A stretch of DNA of 64,000 nucleotides from Minisyncoccota bacterium (GTDB taxonomy: Bacteria > Patescibacteriota > Minisyncoccia > Phycocordibacterales > UBA2100), in the NCBI GenBank assembly GCA_035708165.1, contig DASSSZ010000001.1:230884-294883 (forward strand), read 5' to 3'. Positions 10,526 through 20,619 of the stretch are shown one piece after another; within the stretch, counting starts at the first letter, position 1; every line of letters begins with the position of its first letter. Under the pieces are notes generated by a model. The model saw only the letters and a list, made by a program, of their open reading frames with translations, made no database searches and had not been told where the DNA came from. Position numbers and translations under genes: made by a program.

Positions 10526-12721
10526 TCACTTCGCCACGGCCTGCGCCTCCTCGAGCTTCACCGAGAGGAGCTTCGAGACGCCATCGGCGCCCATGGTGAC
10601 TCCGTAGAGCTCGCCTGCCGCCGCCATCGTCGCGCGGTTATGCGTGATCACGATGAGCTGGCTGCGCTTCGCGAGCGTCTCCATGATCTGCGCATAGCGG
10701 CGCGAGTTCGCTTCGTCGAGCGCCGCGTCGGTCTCGTCGAGGATCAGGAAGGGCGGCGGGTTCACCTGGCTCATCGCGAAGATGAGCGCGATCGAGGTAA
10801 GCGCGCGCTCGCCGCCGGAGAGGGTCTCGAGCCCGCGCGCCTGCTTCTTCGGGAGCTGAACGGAGACGGCGAGCCCGGCGGGCTGCGCCTCCGCATCCCC
10901 GTCGGCCTGCGGCTTCGCCGCCTCGAGCGTGAGCGATGCAGTGCCGCCGCCGAAGAGCTGCGCGAAGTAGGCGCTGAATTCCTTCTGGATGAGCGCGAGC
11001 CCGTTACGGAAGCGCTCGTCGATGGATGACTCGAGCTCCGCGATGATCTCTCGCAGCTGCTCGGCCGAGCGCGAGAGGTCCTCGGTCTCGCGCGCCAGGA
11101 ACTCGTCGCGCTCTTTCGTCTCGCGGTACTCCTTCATCACTTCGTCCGCGTTGCCGCCGCGGTACTCCTCGATGCGCACCTTCAGCCGCTCGATCTCGCG
11201 CCGGCGATCCTCCTGCAGGCGGCGATCCTCCGAGGCGGCTTCCGGCGGGACCGGCTCGCTCTGGTAGCTCATCGTGCGGCCGCCGATCAGGGCGACGCCT
11301 TCGCGCACCTCTTCCTCGAAGCGCTCGCGCGAGCGCGCGAGGTCCGCGAGCGCGGCATCGGCACGCGCGAGGGCCGCTTCCGTCTCGCGCAGCTCGCCCG
11401 TCTTCGCGATGAGATCCCGCTGCGCCGCATGGAACGCCTCGCGGCCTTCGTCGGCCTTCGCCTGAAGCGCTGCGAGCGCCTGCTCGCGCTCGCGCTCGTC
11501 CACCTGCGCGTTCTCGAATTCCATCATCAGCGCCTGCACCGTGTTCGCTGCATCATGCGCGGCATCCGCCATGGGCGAGCGCGCGTCCGTGCGATCGCCG
11601 ATCTCGCGGCGGAATGCCGCGACGCGATCTGCCACCTTCGCGAGCGCGTCGTGCGCGGCGGGCAGGCTCTCGGCCGCGCGCGCAGCGTCGATCCCGCGCT
11701 CGATATCATCCGCGAACGCCCGCGCTGCCTCTGCAGCGATCGCTTCGGCGGGCGAGCTCGGGCGCGCGACAGCGGCGCGCAGCGCAGAGAGCTCCCCTTC
11801 GGCGCGGCCGAGCGCGCGGGATGCTTCTTCGCGCGCGGCGCGCGCGGCGCTGAGCGCCTCCTTCGCCGCCTGCACGGCCGGGTCTTCCTCGGCGCCCGCG
11901 CCGGGTTCGTGCGCCGCCACGGTCGCCTGCGCCTGCGCGAGTGCGCGCGTGAGGCCGGCGAGCCGGTCGGCGAGCGCATGCCGCTCGCTGGTCGCGCGCG
12001 CGTTCTCACGAGTGAGGTAGCCGTGCTCGCGCGCTAGGTAGGTCGCGAGCTTCCCCGAGAGCGAATCCGCGAGCTCCTTTGCCGCTTCGATGCGCTCCAT
12101 CTGCTTGCCGAGGTAGCGCAGGTGCGGCGCGAGCTCGCGGCGCAGCGAGCCGACTTCGTGCAGGTTGCGGTCGGTCTCCTCGAGCTTCTTCTCGCTCTCT
12201 ATCTTCTTGCTCTGGAAGAGCTTGAGGCCGAGCGCTTCCTCGACCATCTCGCGCCGCTCGCGCGGCGATGCCGCGAGCACGCGGTCCGCTTCGCCTTGGG
12301 AGATGATGTGGTAGCCGGATGCGCCGACGTTCGCCTGCGCGAGGAGCTGCGCGACATCCCGCAGGCGCACCGGGCTGCCGTTGATCGAGTACTCGTTTGC
12401 GCCGTCGCGGAAGACGGCGCGCTCGATCACGACCTCGGGGAAATCGAGCGGGAGCGCGTGGCTCTCGTTATCGAAGACGACCTTCACCGATGCGCGGTTC
12501 GCGCGCGGCGCCTGCGAGCTCCCCGCCCAGATGAGGTCCTCCCCCTTCTTGCTGCGCATCGATTTCATCGACTGCTCGCCGAGCACGAAGCGGAACGCCT
12601 CGGCGACGTTGCTCTTGCCCGAGCCGTTCGGCCCCACGACCGCGACGATCGGCGAGCTGAACGAGAGCTCGCTCTTGCGGCCGAAGGATTTGAATCCCGA
12701 GAGCTCGATGGATTTCAGCAT
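10526..12721 (-). CDS. smc: Short SMC-family chromosome segregation ATPase (731 aa)
   Basis: GFKSF, Walker A GPNGSGKSN, IISQG, signature LSGGE, Walker B LDETDAALD, ITH. Confidence 0.9.
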   Translation of the reverse strand: MLKSIELSGFKSFGRKSELSFSSPIVAVVGPNGSGKSNVAEAFRFVLGEQSMKSMRSKKGEDLIWAGSSQAPRANRASVKVVFDNESHALPLDFPEVVIERAVFRDGANEYSINGSPVRLRDVAQLLAQANVGASGYHIISQGEADRVLAASPRERREMVEEALGLKLFQSKKIESEKKLEETDRNLHEVGSLRRELAPHLRYLGKQMERIEAAKELADSLSGKLATYLAREHGYLTRENARATSERHALADRLAGLTRALAQAQATVAAHEPGAGAEEDPAVQAAKEALSAARAAREEASRALGRAEGELSALRAAVARPSSPAEAIAAEAARAFADDIERGIDAARAAESLPAAHDALAKVADRVAAFRREIGDRTDARSPMADAAHDAANTVQALMMEFENAQVDEREREQALAALQAKADEGREAFHAAQRDLIAKTGELRETEAALARADAALADLARSRERFEEEVREGVALIGGRTMSYQSEPVPPEAASEDRRLQEDRRREIERLKVRIEEYRGGNADEVMKEYRETKERDEFLARETEDLSRSAEQLREIIAELESSIDERFRNGLALIQKEFSAYFAQLFGGGTASLTLEAAKPQADGDAEAQPAGLAVSVQLPKKQARGLETLSGGERALTSIALIFAMSQVNPPPFLILDETDAALDEANSRRYAQIMETLAKRSQLIVITHNRATMAAAGELYGVTMGADGVSKLLSVKLEEAQAVAK

Positions 12722-12777
12722 GCGTCACCATTGTATCAAACGAAAGGAAGGACGGGCGCATGCATGATGCGTCCGTC

Positions 12778-12945
12778 CTAGCGCCGGGGGCGGGAGCGGC
12801 GAAGCTGGTGTATGATCCCGGAATCTACCAGCATGCCTCGCCTGCCGTTGACGATAAGCCCCAATGAGCGGAGCAGCTGATCGTGCCGCATCATCGATCC
12901 TTTCACCCGTATCCTGCCGATCCGACGGCGGGATTTCTTCTTCAT
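12778..12945 (-). CDS. Small basic hypothetical protein (55 aa)
   Basis: AAGGAGG before ATG; MKKKSRRRIGRIRVKG... Confidence 0.45.
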   Translation of the reverse strand: MKKKSRRRIGRIRVKGSMMRHDQLLRSLGLIVNGRRGMLVDSGIIHQLRRSRPRR

Positions 12946-13048
12946 CGTGCCCGTTGCCTCCTTGGTGAGGGCCGCTTCGTACGGTATACCACGCGTGCGG
13001 CTTGGCCGCCATGCATGAAAGAGCGGGCGCCGTGGGCGCCCGCCAGTG

Positions 13049-13249
13049 TCAGAGCCGGATGACCGGATCCTTCTCATCCTTCTCGAGATAGCTCTCCTCT
13101 AGCTTTGCATCGTGCGAGACGGCGTACATGCCATCCCGCATGACGACACGGCCGTTCGCGCGCATGAGCTTGCCTTGCATCGCGAGCTCGAACACGCCTT
13201 TGGACGTCAGTCGCAGCCAGAGCACTCGGGATTTCTGAGTCTGCTCCAT
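13049..13249 (-). CDS. Small hypothetical protein (66 aa)
   Basis: GAAGGAGG before ATG; MEQTQKSRVLWLRLTSKG... Confidence 0.55.
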   Translation of the reverse strand: MEQTQKSRVLWLRLTSKGVFELAMQGKLMRANGRVVMRDGMYAVSHDAKLEESYLEKDEKDPVIRL

Positions 13250-13334
13250 CGCATCGGAACCTCCTTCGGTACGGTCCCCTACTGGCACCATCATAGCCCC
13301 GAAGGCGCCTTGACGGCTATCTGATTGCGTCGCG

Positions 13335-14024
13335 CTACCAGCCCTTCGCTGCGAGCGCAGCTTCCGCAGCGGCTTGTTCCGCCTCCTGCTTCGAATTCCC
13401 TTCGCCTTGAGCGATGAGTTCTTCATTGAGAAAGACGCCGGAGACGAAGACCTTGTCGTGATCCGGGCCGCGCTCCTCGAGGAGCTCGTAGGAAGGCGTC
13501 ACGCTCTCCTTCTCCTGCGAGAGCTCCTGGAAGCGGCTCTTCGGATCCTGCCAGAGGCGCTTCGCGACCATCTCATCGGTCTTATAGAAGAGATTGTCCG
13601 CGATGAACTGCTTCGCCCCGTCGTACCCCTGATCGAGGTAGAGCGCCCCGATGAACGCCTCGAAGGTGTTCGCGAGGATGTACTGGCGCGCGCGGCCCGT
13701 GTCCTTCGCCTCGCCTTTCGAGAGGCGGAGGTACTCGTTCATGCCGAGCTTGTCCGCCGCGTCCGAGATCGAGATCGTGTTCACCAGCGCCGCGCGGTAG
13801 GCGGTGAGCTCGCCTTCGGTCGCCTCGGGATACTTGTGGAAGAGGAAATCGGTCATCACGAGCTCGAGGACCGCGTCGCCGAGGAACTCCAGGCGCTCGT
13901 TATGCTCGATCTGCTCCTCGCGATGCTCATTGACGTACGAGCGGTGCGTGAAGGCCTGCCGGATCAGCGTCTCGTCGGCGAACGACGCGACGCCGATCTT
14001 GCGTAAGAAGGGCTCGAATTCCAT
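13335..14024 (-). CDS. rnc: Ribonuclease III
   Basis: HNERLEFLGDAVL, FEAFIGALYLDQG, dsRBD GPDHDK..G.G.SKQEAEQ.AA. Confidence 0.98.
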   Translation of the reverse strand: MEFEPFLRKIGVASFADETLIRQAFTHRSYVNEHREEQIEHNERLEFLGDAVLELVMTDFLFHKYPEATEGELTAYRAALVNTISISDAADKLGMNEYLRLSKGEAKDTGRARQYILANTFEAFIGALYLDQGYDGAKQFIADNLFYKTDEMVAKRLWQDPKSRFQELSQEKESVTPSYELLEERGPDHDKVFVSGVFLNEELIAQGEGNSKQEAEQAAAEAALAAKGW

Positions 14025-14035
14025 GCGGCGGCAGA

Positions 14036-14944
14036 TTACTCCTTTTCGCCCTTGCGCGCAATAAGGAGGGTGATCGCGTTCGTCACGATCGGAAGGATAT
14101 CATCATAGAAATTAAGGTCGCCCACGCGCGCGAGCGGGAACCACTGCGCGTCGTCGAGGCCGCCTTCGCGCTTGAGCGTAAGGTCATCGAAGGGAGACCG
14201 CACCAGGAAGTACTGCGCGTGGCGGCGCTTCTTGCCGTGCTCAGGGTCATTCGCGATGTACTCGTTCTCTCCCAGCCGGTCCTCCACCGTGCCGGGCAGG
14301 CCGATCTCCTCCTTCACCTTGCGCAGGACGCCGTCCTCCGGCTTCTCATCCGGCAGGAGCTTGCCCTTGCTGAGGGTCCAATGGCCGAAGATGTCATGCA
14401 CGAGCGCGAGATAGATGTCGGTCCCCTCGACGGCATAGACGATCGCGCCTACGAGCTGCTCGAGATGCATCTGCTCGTACGGGATCTGCTTCTTCTTCGA
14501 GACCTCGTCCTTGCCCGGCTCGCCGAGCTCGACGTAGACCGCGCCGAGGACGCCGTTCACGAAGCGGCTGCTGGTCTCGCTGCCGAATGTCTTGGCAAGC
14601 TCGATCGCCTCGTTGATGGCGACCTTCGCCGGCACCTGCGTGCGATCGGCATAGAGGAGCTCCGCGAGCCCGAGGCGCAGGATATTGCGATCGATGACCG
14701 AGATCTTCTCGATCGGCCATTCGGGTGCGGCCTTCTCGATGACAGCATCCAGCTCCGAGCGCTTCGCGGTCACGGTAGAGAGGAGCTCCTGCATGAACGG
14801 CTCGTCGGCGACGCCCTGGCCGAACTCCTCCGTATTCGCCGCTAGCCGCTCCATGAGCGCGTCCTGGGCCATGGTGCATCCGGCGGAATCCCATTCGAAG
14901 AGGGTCTGGAGAACGATGGATCGCGACCGGTGCCGATTCGCCAT
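14036..14944 (-). CDS. nusB: Transcription antitermination factor NusB fused to a C-terminal Nudix domain
   Basis: DRNILRLG, VAINEAIELAKTFG, FVNGVLG, followed by a Nudix-box-like GKLLPDEKPEDGVLRKVKEEIGL. Confidence 0.9.
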   Translation of the reverse strand: MANRHRSRSIVLQTLFEWDSAGCTMAQDALMERLAANTEEFGQGVADEPFMQELLSTVTAKRSELDAVIEKAAPEWPIEKISVIDRNILRLGLAELLYADRTQVPAKVAINEAIELAKTFGSETSSRFVNGVLGAVYVELGEPGKDEVSKKKQIPYEQMHLEQLVGAIVYAVEGTDIYLALVHDIFGHWTLSKGKLLPDEKPEDGVLRKVKEEIGLPGTVEDRLGENEYIANDPEHGKKRRHAQYFLVRSPFDDLTLKREGGLDDAQWFPLARVGDLNFYDDILPIVTNAITLLIARKGEKE

Positions 14945-15026
14945 ATGTCTTGCTGCCAGTGTGCCTGCTTGGCGGCCGATGCGCAAGTGTGCACAACAGC
15001 GAGGCCCGCTCTCGCGGGCCGTGTCG

Positions 15027-15320
15027 TTACTTCTGCTCGTCGTGCGAGTGGTCGTGCTCGTCGGCGCCCCCCTCGGAGGCGGACGTCATGCCGAGCTCGG
15101 CAAGGAGCTGCTCGCGGCGCTTCGTGCGGCGCTGCGTGCGCTCCGTGCGGGCGACGACATCGATCACCTGCTTGCCGCGGTACATCCCGCAGGCCTGGCA
15201 GGCGGTGTGGCGCACATGCATCGCCCCGCACGCGCACTGCGTGAGGCGCGGCTCGGGAAGCGCGTGGTGCGACCGGCGGTTGCCGGTATGCCCCTTGGTG
15301 CTACGCATGCGATTGACCAT
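15027..15320 (-). CDS. rpmF: 50S ribosomal protein L32 with C-terminal extension
   Basis: RSTKGHTGNRRSHHAL..CACG..HTACQACGMYRG. Confidence 0.92.
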   Translation of the reverse strand: MVNRMRSTKGHTGNRRSHHALPEPRLTQCACGAMHVRHTACQACGMYRGKQVIDVVARTERTQRRTKRREQLLAELGMTSASEGGADEHDHSHDEQK

Positions 15321-15414
15321 AGTGCTGCGCAGTATACCGGTTTTCCTGCCGATGGCAAGGCCCCCAAAAGGAAGCCGCCGCGCTGATGCGCGGCGGCGTT
15401 CGGGGCTACGCTGC

Positions 15415-15678
15415 TCATGCCGCCGCCCCGGGGAGCGGGGTCCGACGGTTATGCTCCTCGACGGTCGCCTGGAGCGCCTGCTCGATGCGCCGGTCCCCTT
15501 CGGGGCCTGAAAGGTCGATCAGCGGTATCCCGCTCGCATGGCAGCCGGCACGCTGGACGCCGTAGCGGCCGCACCGGCCGCGGTCCTCCCGGAGCGTGCA
15601 GACGGCGCAGAGCCGCAGCGCGTCGGGCGGGTAGGAGCCGCTCGCGCTCACGACCTGCATCAGCTGTTCGTCAGTCAT
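15415..15678 (-). CDS. Small Cys-containing hypothetical protein
   Basis: CAVC..C..C pattern; GAGGTG upstream of the start. Confidence 0.5.
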   Translation of the reverse strand: MTDEQLMQVVSASGSYPPDALRLCAVCTLREDRGRCGRYGVQRAGCHASGIPLIDLSGPEGDRRIEQALQATVEEHNRRTPLPGAAA

Positions 15679-15741
15679 TCAAGGCACCTCTGCCGCTTCG
15701 TTCCAGAACAATGCCGCGCGATGCGCGGACCGCATACGAGG

Positions 15742-16344
15742 CTACACCTCTTCCGCTTTCGCGGTCAAGCCGGTTATGAACGTGAGCCGGTGGACGCGCG
15801 GGATCGGGCCATGCGCGCGCAAGCGCTCCTGGTGGAGCTTCGTGCCATACCCTTTATGGCGCTCGAAGCCGTAGAGCGGGTGCTCCTGCGCGAGGCGCAC
15901 CATATAGCGGTCGCGCGTGACCTTCGCCATGATGCTCGCGAGCGCGATCGCCGGGAACCGCTCGTCCCCTTTCGTATGCTGTTCCTGCCGCCAGGCGGCG
16001 GGCAGGCTGATCCCGCGGTCGAGCAGCACCTCGGCGTCTGCCGTGCGGATCGAAAGCGACGCGATCGCCCGCTGCGCCGCATCGAGGATCGCGGGGACGA
16101 TGCCATCCGCATCGATCGTGGCGGCGTCCGAGAGCGCAACGGCGCTCCGCACGTGCGGATCGCCCGCAAGGGCGCCATACCAGGTCTCGCGCTGCTTCTC
16201 CGTCAGCTGCTTGCTGTCCTTCAATCCCGCCCAGCACGACCACGCGGCACGCGCTGCAGGCAGCGCGACCGCGCCGACCGCGACCGGGCCCGCCAAAGGG
16301 CCGCGGCCCGCTTTGTCGATGCCGATGATCCATTCCGGTTCCAT
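15742..16344 (-). CDS. rnhB: Ribonuclease HII (second catalytic acidic residue reads Lys)
   Basis: GIDKAGRGPLAGPV, DSKQL, KGD, ASIMAKVTRD, HKGYGT. Confidence 0.92.
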   Translation of the reverse strand: MEPEWIIGIDKAGRGPLAGPVAVGAVALPAARAAWSCWAGLKDSKQLTEKQRETWYGALAGDPHVRSAVALSDAATIDADGIVPAILDAAQRAIASLSIRTADAEVLLDRGISLPAAWRQEQHTKGDERFPAIALASIMAKVTRDRYMVRLAQEHPLYGFERHKGYGTKLHQERLRAHGPIPRVHRLTFITGLTAKAEEV

Positions 16345-16409
16345 CCCGGCATCATAGCAAACGGCCGCCCTCCGGGGCGGCCGTATCATGCCTGGCAGCG
16401 AGAGTGAGC

Positions 16410-16748
16410 TCACGTGCCGTTCGGGTCATCGAACGCGCGGATGCCTTCGAGCTTCTCGCGGATCTCCGTGCTCGAGGCAGTACCGAGCAATCGCTGCATG
16501 GTTCTCTCGCGATGCTCTTCCTCCGGGCTCGGCGGAAGCCGCCTCACGACATCCCACAGGTCGGGATAGTCCGCATCATAGGGGCCGATGCCGCGCGAAC
16601 GCGCCGCTTCGCGCTGGCGCACGAGCTCGCGCGACGCGTAGCGCGCCCGGTAGTCCGCGTCATGCACGAGCAGGTACGCTTTCGCCCGTTCGCATCGCCA
16701 TGCCCGGTACCGGCACTGCAGCTGCCGGAATAATCGTGCACCATCCAT
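16410..16748 (-). CDS. Hypothetical protein (112 aa)
   Basis: GGGAGG before ATG (MDGARLFRQ...); fills the gap between rnhB and dnaE. Confidence 0.5.
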   Translation of the reverse strand: MDGARLFRQLQCRYRAWRCERAKAYLLVHDADYRARYASRELVRQREAARSRGIGPYDADYPDLWDVVRRLPPSPEEEHRERTMQRLLGTASSTEIREKLEGIRAFDDPNGT

Positions 16749-16817
16749 TGAGGGACCTCCCTGTTCACTGCCGTGCACTCTACTCCATTTGCTATACTTC
16801 CACCATCCTGCGTGCGC

Positions 16818-19800
16818 ATGGCAGACATCCCGTTCACACACCTCCACACCCACAGCCACTACTCGCTCCTCCAGGCGCTGCCGCAGATCGGCCCTCTGGT
16901 GAAAGCGGCGAAGGCGGATGGCCAGACGGCGCTCGCTCTGACGGACGCCGGGGCGCTCTATGGCGCGATCGAGTTCTACCAGAAATGCCAGAAGGAGGAC
17001 ATCAAGCCGATCATCGGCGTGGACGCGTACATGGCGCCGCGCACGCGGCACGATAAGGAGCACCGCATCGACAACCGCACGTCGCGCCTCGTCCTGCTCG
17101 CCAAGGACCGCACCGGCTACCAGAACCTGATCCGCCTCGTGACGGCGTCCTACCTCGAAGGCTTCTACTACAACCCGCGCATGGATCGCGAGCTCCTCGA
17201 AGCCTCGCATGAGGGGCTGATCGCGCTCGTGCCCTCGTTCGCCGGCGAGACTGCCAAGGCGCTGAAGGACGGCGATACGGATCGCGCGCACGAGGCGCTC
17301 GCATGGTATCGCGATCTCTTCGGCGATGACTGCTACCAGGAGATCACCATGCACCCCGAGATCGAAGGGCACCAGGAGCTCCAGGAGCAGCTGATCGCGC
17401 TCGCCCGCGAGATGCGCGTCCCCATCGCCGCGGCGCACGATACCTATTACCTGAAGCCCGAGGATGCGCTCGCCCGCGAGCTCGTCATGAAGATCAGGAC
17501 CGGCGAGCGCCTCGACCGCGACGGGGGCATCCGGCAGGAGGACTTCTCGTTCATCACGCAGAAGCGCGCGAACGAGCTCTTCAAGGAGCTGCCGGAAGCG
17601 CTCGAGCATACGCAGCGAATCGCCGAGGCCTGCACCCTCGAACTCGGGCTCGGCAAATGGGTCTTTCCCGACTTCCCCATCCCCGCGGGCTCCTCATACG
17701 ATGCGGAGCTGCGCGCGAAGGCATACGACGGCCTCGAGAAGCTCGGCATCGAGCGGACGCCTGCAGTCCTCGAGCGCATCGAATACGAGCTCGGCGTCAT
17801 CGCGACAAAGGGCTACTCCGTGTACTTCCTTGTCGTCTCCGACCTCCTCACCCACGCGGCCGAGGACGGCATCCTCACCAACACCCGCGGCTCGGCGGCC
17901 GGATCGCTCGTCTCCTACCTCGCCGGCATCACGACCGTGAACCCGCTCGAGTACGGCCTCCCGTTCGAGCGCTTCCTCAATCCTGAGCGGCCGAGCCCGC
18001 CGGATATCGACATGGATATCGCCGATAACCGTCGCGACGACCTCATCGCGTACGCCCGGCAGAAGTACGGGACCGACCATGTCGCGCAGATCGGCACCTT
18101 CGGGACCATGCTCGCGCGCGCGGCCGTGCGCGATGTCGCCCGCGCGCTCGGCCACTCCTATTCCACCGGCGACATGATCGCCAAGATCATCCCGCCGCCG
18201 AAGCAGGGCTTCCCCGTCACGATCGCCTCGGCGCTGCGCGACGTCCCGGAGCTCAAGGAGATCTACGACTCTGATCCGGATGCGCGCGAGATCATGGATC
18301 TCGCGCAGAAGATCGAAGGTAATGCGCGCCATATGGGCATCCACGCGGCAGGCGTGGTCATCTCCCCCACCGTCGCGACCGATTTCGTCCCGCTGCAGTA
18401 CGATCCGAAGGGCGGCAAGATCATCACGCAGTACGAGATGCACGCGGTCGAGGACGCCGGGCTCCTCAAGTACGACTTCCTCGGCCTCACCAACCTCTCC
18501 GTCCTTGCTGACGCCATCGCGCGCGTGAAAGCGCGCCTCGGCGTGGACGTGAATATCCGCACGATCCCGATCGATGACGCGAAGACCTACGCCATGCTCT
18601 CCCGCGGCGAGACCCTAGGCGTCTTCCAGTTCGCCTCAAGCGGCATGACGAGCTACCTCGTCGAGCTGAAGCCCTCGGTGATCGACGATCTCAACGCCAT
18701 GGTCGCCCTCTATCGTCCCGGGCCGATGGCGTTCATCCCGGAATACATCGAGCGCAAGCGGAATCCCGCGCGCGTGACATACCTCGACCCGCGCATGGAA
18801 CCGATCCTCAAGCGCAGCTATGGGATCATCACCTACCAGGACGACGTCCTGATGATCGCGATCGAGCTCTCGGGCTACACCTGGCTCGAGGCGGATAAAT
18901 TCCGCAAGGCGATCGGCAAGAAGATCCCCGAGGAGATGGCCGCGCAGAAGGAGCGCTTCATCGCAGGATGCATCGAGCGCGGCATGGCGCCTGCGGTCGT
19001 GCAGGCGCTCTGGGACCAGATCGAGACCTTCGCCGCGTACGGCTTCAACAAGGCGCACGCCGCCTCCTACGGGAACCTCGCGTACAAGACCGCCTACATG
19101 AAGGCGAACTACACGGTGGACTACATGGCCGCCCTCCTCACGGGCGAAGGCGGCGACGTGGAGAAGATCGCGCTCGTGGTCGCGGAGTGCGAGCGGCTCG
19201 GCATCACGGTGCTGCCGCCGTCCATCAACGAGAGCCGCGGCGACTTCACCGTCTCGGACGAGACCACCATCCGCTTCGGGCTCTACTCGATCAAGAACTT
19301 CGGCCAAGGCATCAGCGACGCGATCATCGCGGAGCGCGACGCGAACGGCCCGTACGCTGATCTCGGCGACTTCCTCGCCCGCGTGCGCGACAAGAACCTC
19401 AACCGGAAGTCGCTCGAGGCCCTGATCCAGTGCGGGGCCCTCGATGCCTTCGCCGAGCGCGGGCGCATGCTCGCGGCGATCGAGCTTCTGCTCGCCTATC
19501 ACAAGGAGCATATGAGCCTGGATCAGTCGCAGGATTCGCTCTTCGGCGCGCTCCCGGCCGCCGCAGCGGGGATCCAGCTCCCGGATGCGCCCCCCATGCC
19601 CGCGCGCGAACGCCTCCGGCTCGAGAAGGAGCTCCTCGGGCTCTACGTCTCAGGCCATCCGCTCGATCCGTATATCGAGACCCTCAAGCGCCAGAAGTTC
19701 GATATCGCGGGGACGAAAGAGCGCATGCAGGAAGGCGTCACGACCGTGATCGGCGGGCTCCTCGAGAACGTCTCGACGATCCTCACCAAGAACGGCGAGA

Positions 19801-19982
19801 AGATGGCCTTCGGCACCTTGGCCGATCACTCAGGCGCGGTCGAGGTGGTCGCCTTCCCCCGGACGCTCGCGGAATACGCGCATCTCTTCCGCCCCGAGCA
19901 GCTCATCCTCATCAAAGGCAAGATGTCGTCCCGCAACGGCGACAAGAGCTTCGTCGCCGAAGCGATGAAGGAGCTCACCTAG
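16818..19982 (+). CDS. dnaE: DNA polymerase III alpha subunit
   Basis: FTHLHTHSHYSLL PHP domain, RGSAAGSLV, FERFLNPER..PDIDMD, YGFNKAH. Confidence 0.98.
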   Translation: MADIPFTHLHTHSHYSLLQALPQIGPLVKAAKADGQTALALTDAGALYGAIEFYQKCQKEDIKPIIGVDAYMAPRTRHDKEHRIDNRTSRLVLLAKDRTGYQNLIRLVTASYLEGFYYNPRMDRELLEASHEGLIALVPSFAGETAKALKDGDTDRAHEALAWYRDLFGDDCYQEITMHPEIEGHQELQEQLIALAREMRVPIAAAHDTYYLKPEDALARELVMKIRTGERLDRDGGIRQEDFSFITQKRANELFKELPEALEHTQRIAEACTLELGLGKWVFPDFPIPAGSSYDAELRAKAYDGLEKLGIERTPAVLERIEYELGVIATKGYSVYFLVVSDLLTHAAEDGILTNTRGSAAGSLVSYLAGITTVNPLEYGLPFERFLNPERPSPPDIDMDIADNRRDDLIAYARQKYGTDHVAQIGTFGTMLARAAVRDVARALGHSYSTGDMIAKIIPPPKQGFPVTIASALRDVPELKEIYDSDPDAREIMDLAQKIEGNARHMGIHAAGVVISPTVATDFVPLQYDPKGGKIITQYEMHAVEDAGLLKYDFLGLTNLSVLADAIARVKARLGVDVNIRTIPIDDAKTYAMLSRGETLGVFQFASSGMTSYLVELKPSVIDDLNAMVALYRPGPMAFIPEYIERKRNPARVTYLDPRMEPILKRSYGIITYQDDVLMIAIELSGYTWLEADKFRKAIGKKIPEEMAAQKERFIAGCIERGMAPAVVQALWDQIETFAAYGFNKAHAASYGNLAYKTAYMKANYTVDYMAALLTGEGGDVEKIALVVAECERLGITVLPPSINESRGDFTVSDETTIRFGLYSIKNFGQGISDAIIAERDANGPYADLGDFLARVRDKNLNRKSLEALIQCGALDAFAERGRMLAAIELLLAYHKEHMSLDQSQDSLFGALPAAAAGIQLPDAPPMPARERLRLEKELLGLYVSGHPLDPYIETLKRQKFDIAGTKERMQEGVTTVIGGLLENVSTILTKNGEKMAFGTLADHSGAVEVVAFPRTLAEYAHLFRPEQLILIKGKMSSRNGDKSFVAEAMKELT

Positions 19983-20086
19983 CGCTTGCCCCGCGCATCC
20001 GCGCGGGGCGCCGTCTATCCGCTTGCGCGGATGCACGGGGCAGCTTAGAGTGTCGGCGGCACCACGTTCTATCAACAGGAGAAATC

Positions 20087-20533
20087 ATGCTTTCAGAACG
20101 GCTTTCGAGCCGCTCGCCGCGTACCCCCGAACAGCTCCGGGGGACATTCATCTACGAACGGTTCGTGAGCGCCTCGCTGCTAGCGGCAGCAGGCACCCTC
20201 GAGCACGGGCGGCGCGAGCCGGATCTCGGCGTGCAGGAGCGCAAGCACGTCCAGCGCGCGATCGGGATCCTGGAGAAATCCGGATTCGCGACCCGCGCTG
20301 CATTCCTGCGCGATGCACCCGGGCAGGCGTACATCATCGAATTCATGGTGGCGTTCTTCTCGGCCGCATCGCCTGAGGAGGCCGCCGCCGCGTGCGTCGA
20401 GGCGTATGCGAACATCCTCGCCGTCTGCTATCGCGGCACGGGGAACCGCGCCGGCGCAGCGGACTTCCTCCGCGCGCTCCACCAAGTCGCCCAATCGCTC
20501 CAGCCGGCGACGGTGCAGATCCGCCGCAGATGA
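20087..20533 (+). CDS. Hypothetical protein (148 aa)
   Basis: AGGAG before ATG; followed by a terminator hairpin. Confidence 0.6.
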   Translation: MLSERLSSRSPRTPEQLRGTFIYERFVSASLLAAAGTLEHGRREPDLGVQERKHVQRAIGILEKSGFATRAAFLRDAPGQAYIIEFMVAFFSAASPEEAAAACVEAYANILAVCYRGTGNRAGAADFLRALHQVAQSLQPATVQIRRR

Positions 20534-20541
20534 TCACTCCG

Positions 20542-20568
20542 AAGCCCCGCGCACGCGCGGGGCTTTTT
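20542..20568 (+). terminator. Intrinsic terminator
   Basis: aagccccgcg-ca-cgcgcggggc-ttttt. Confidence 0.75.
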
Positions 20569-20619
20569 CATGCGCCGTTGCCCCTTTTGCGCTCGCCGCA
20601 CGATAGCGCTACTATGACC

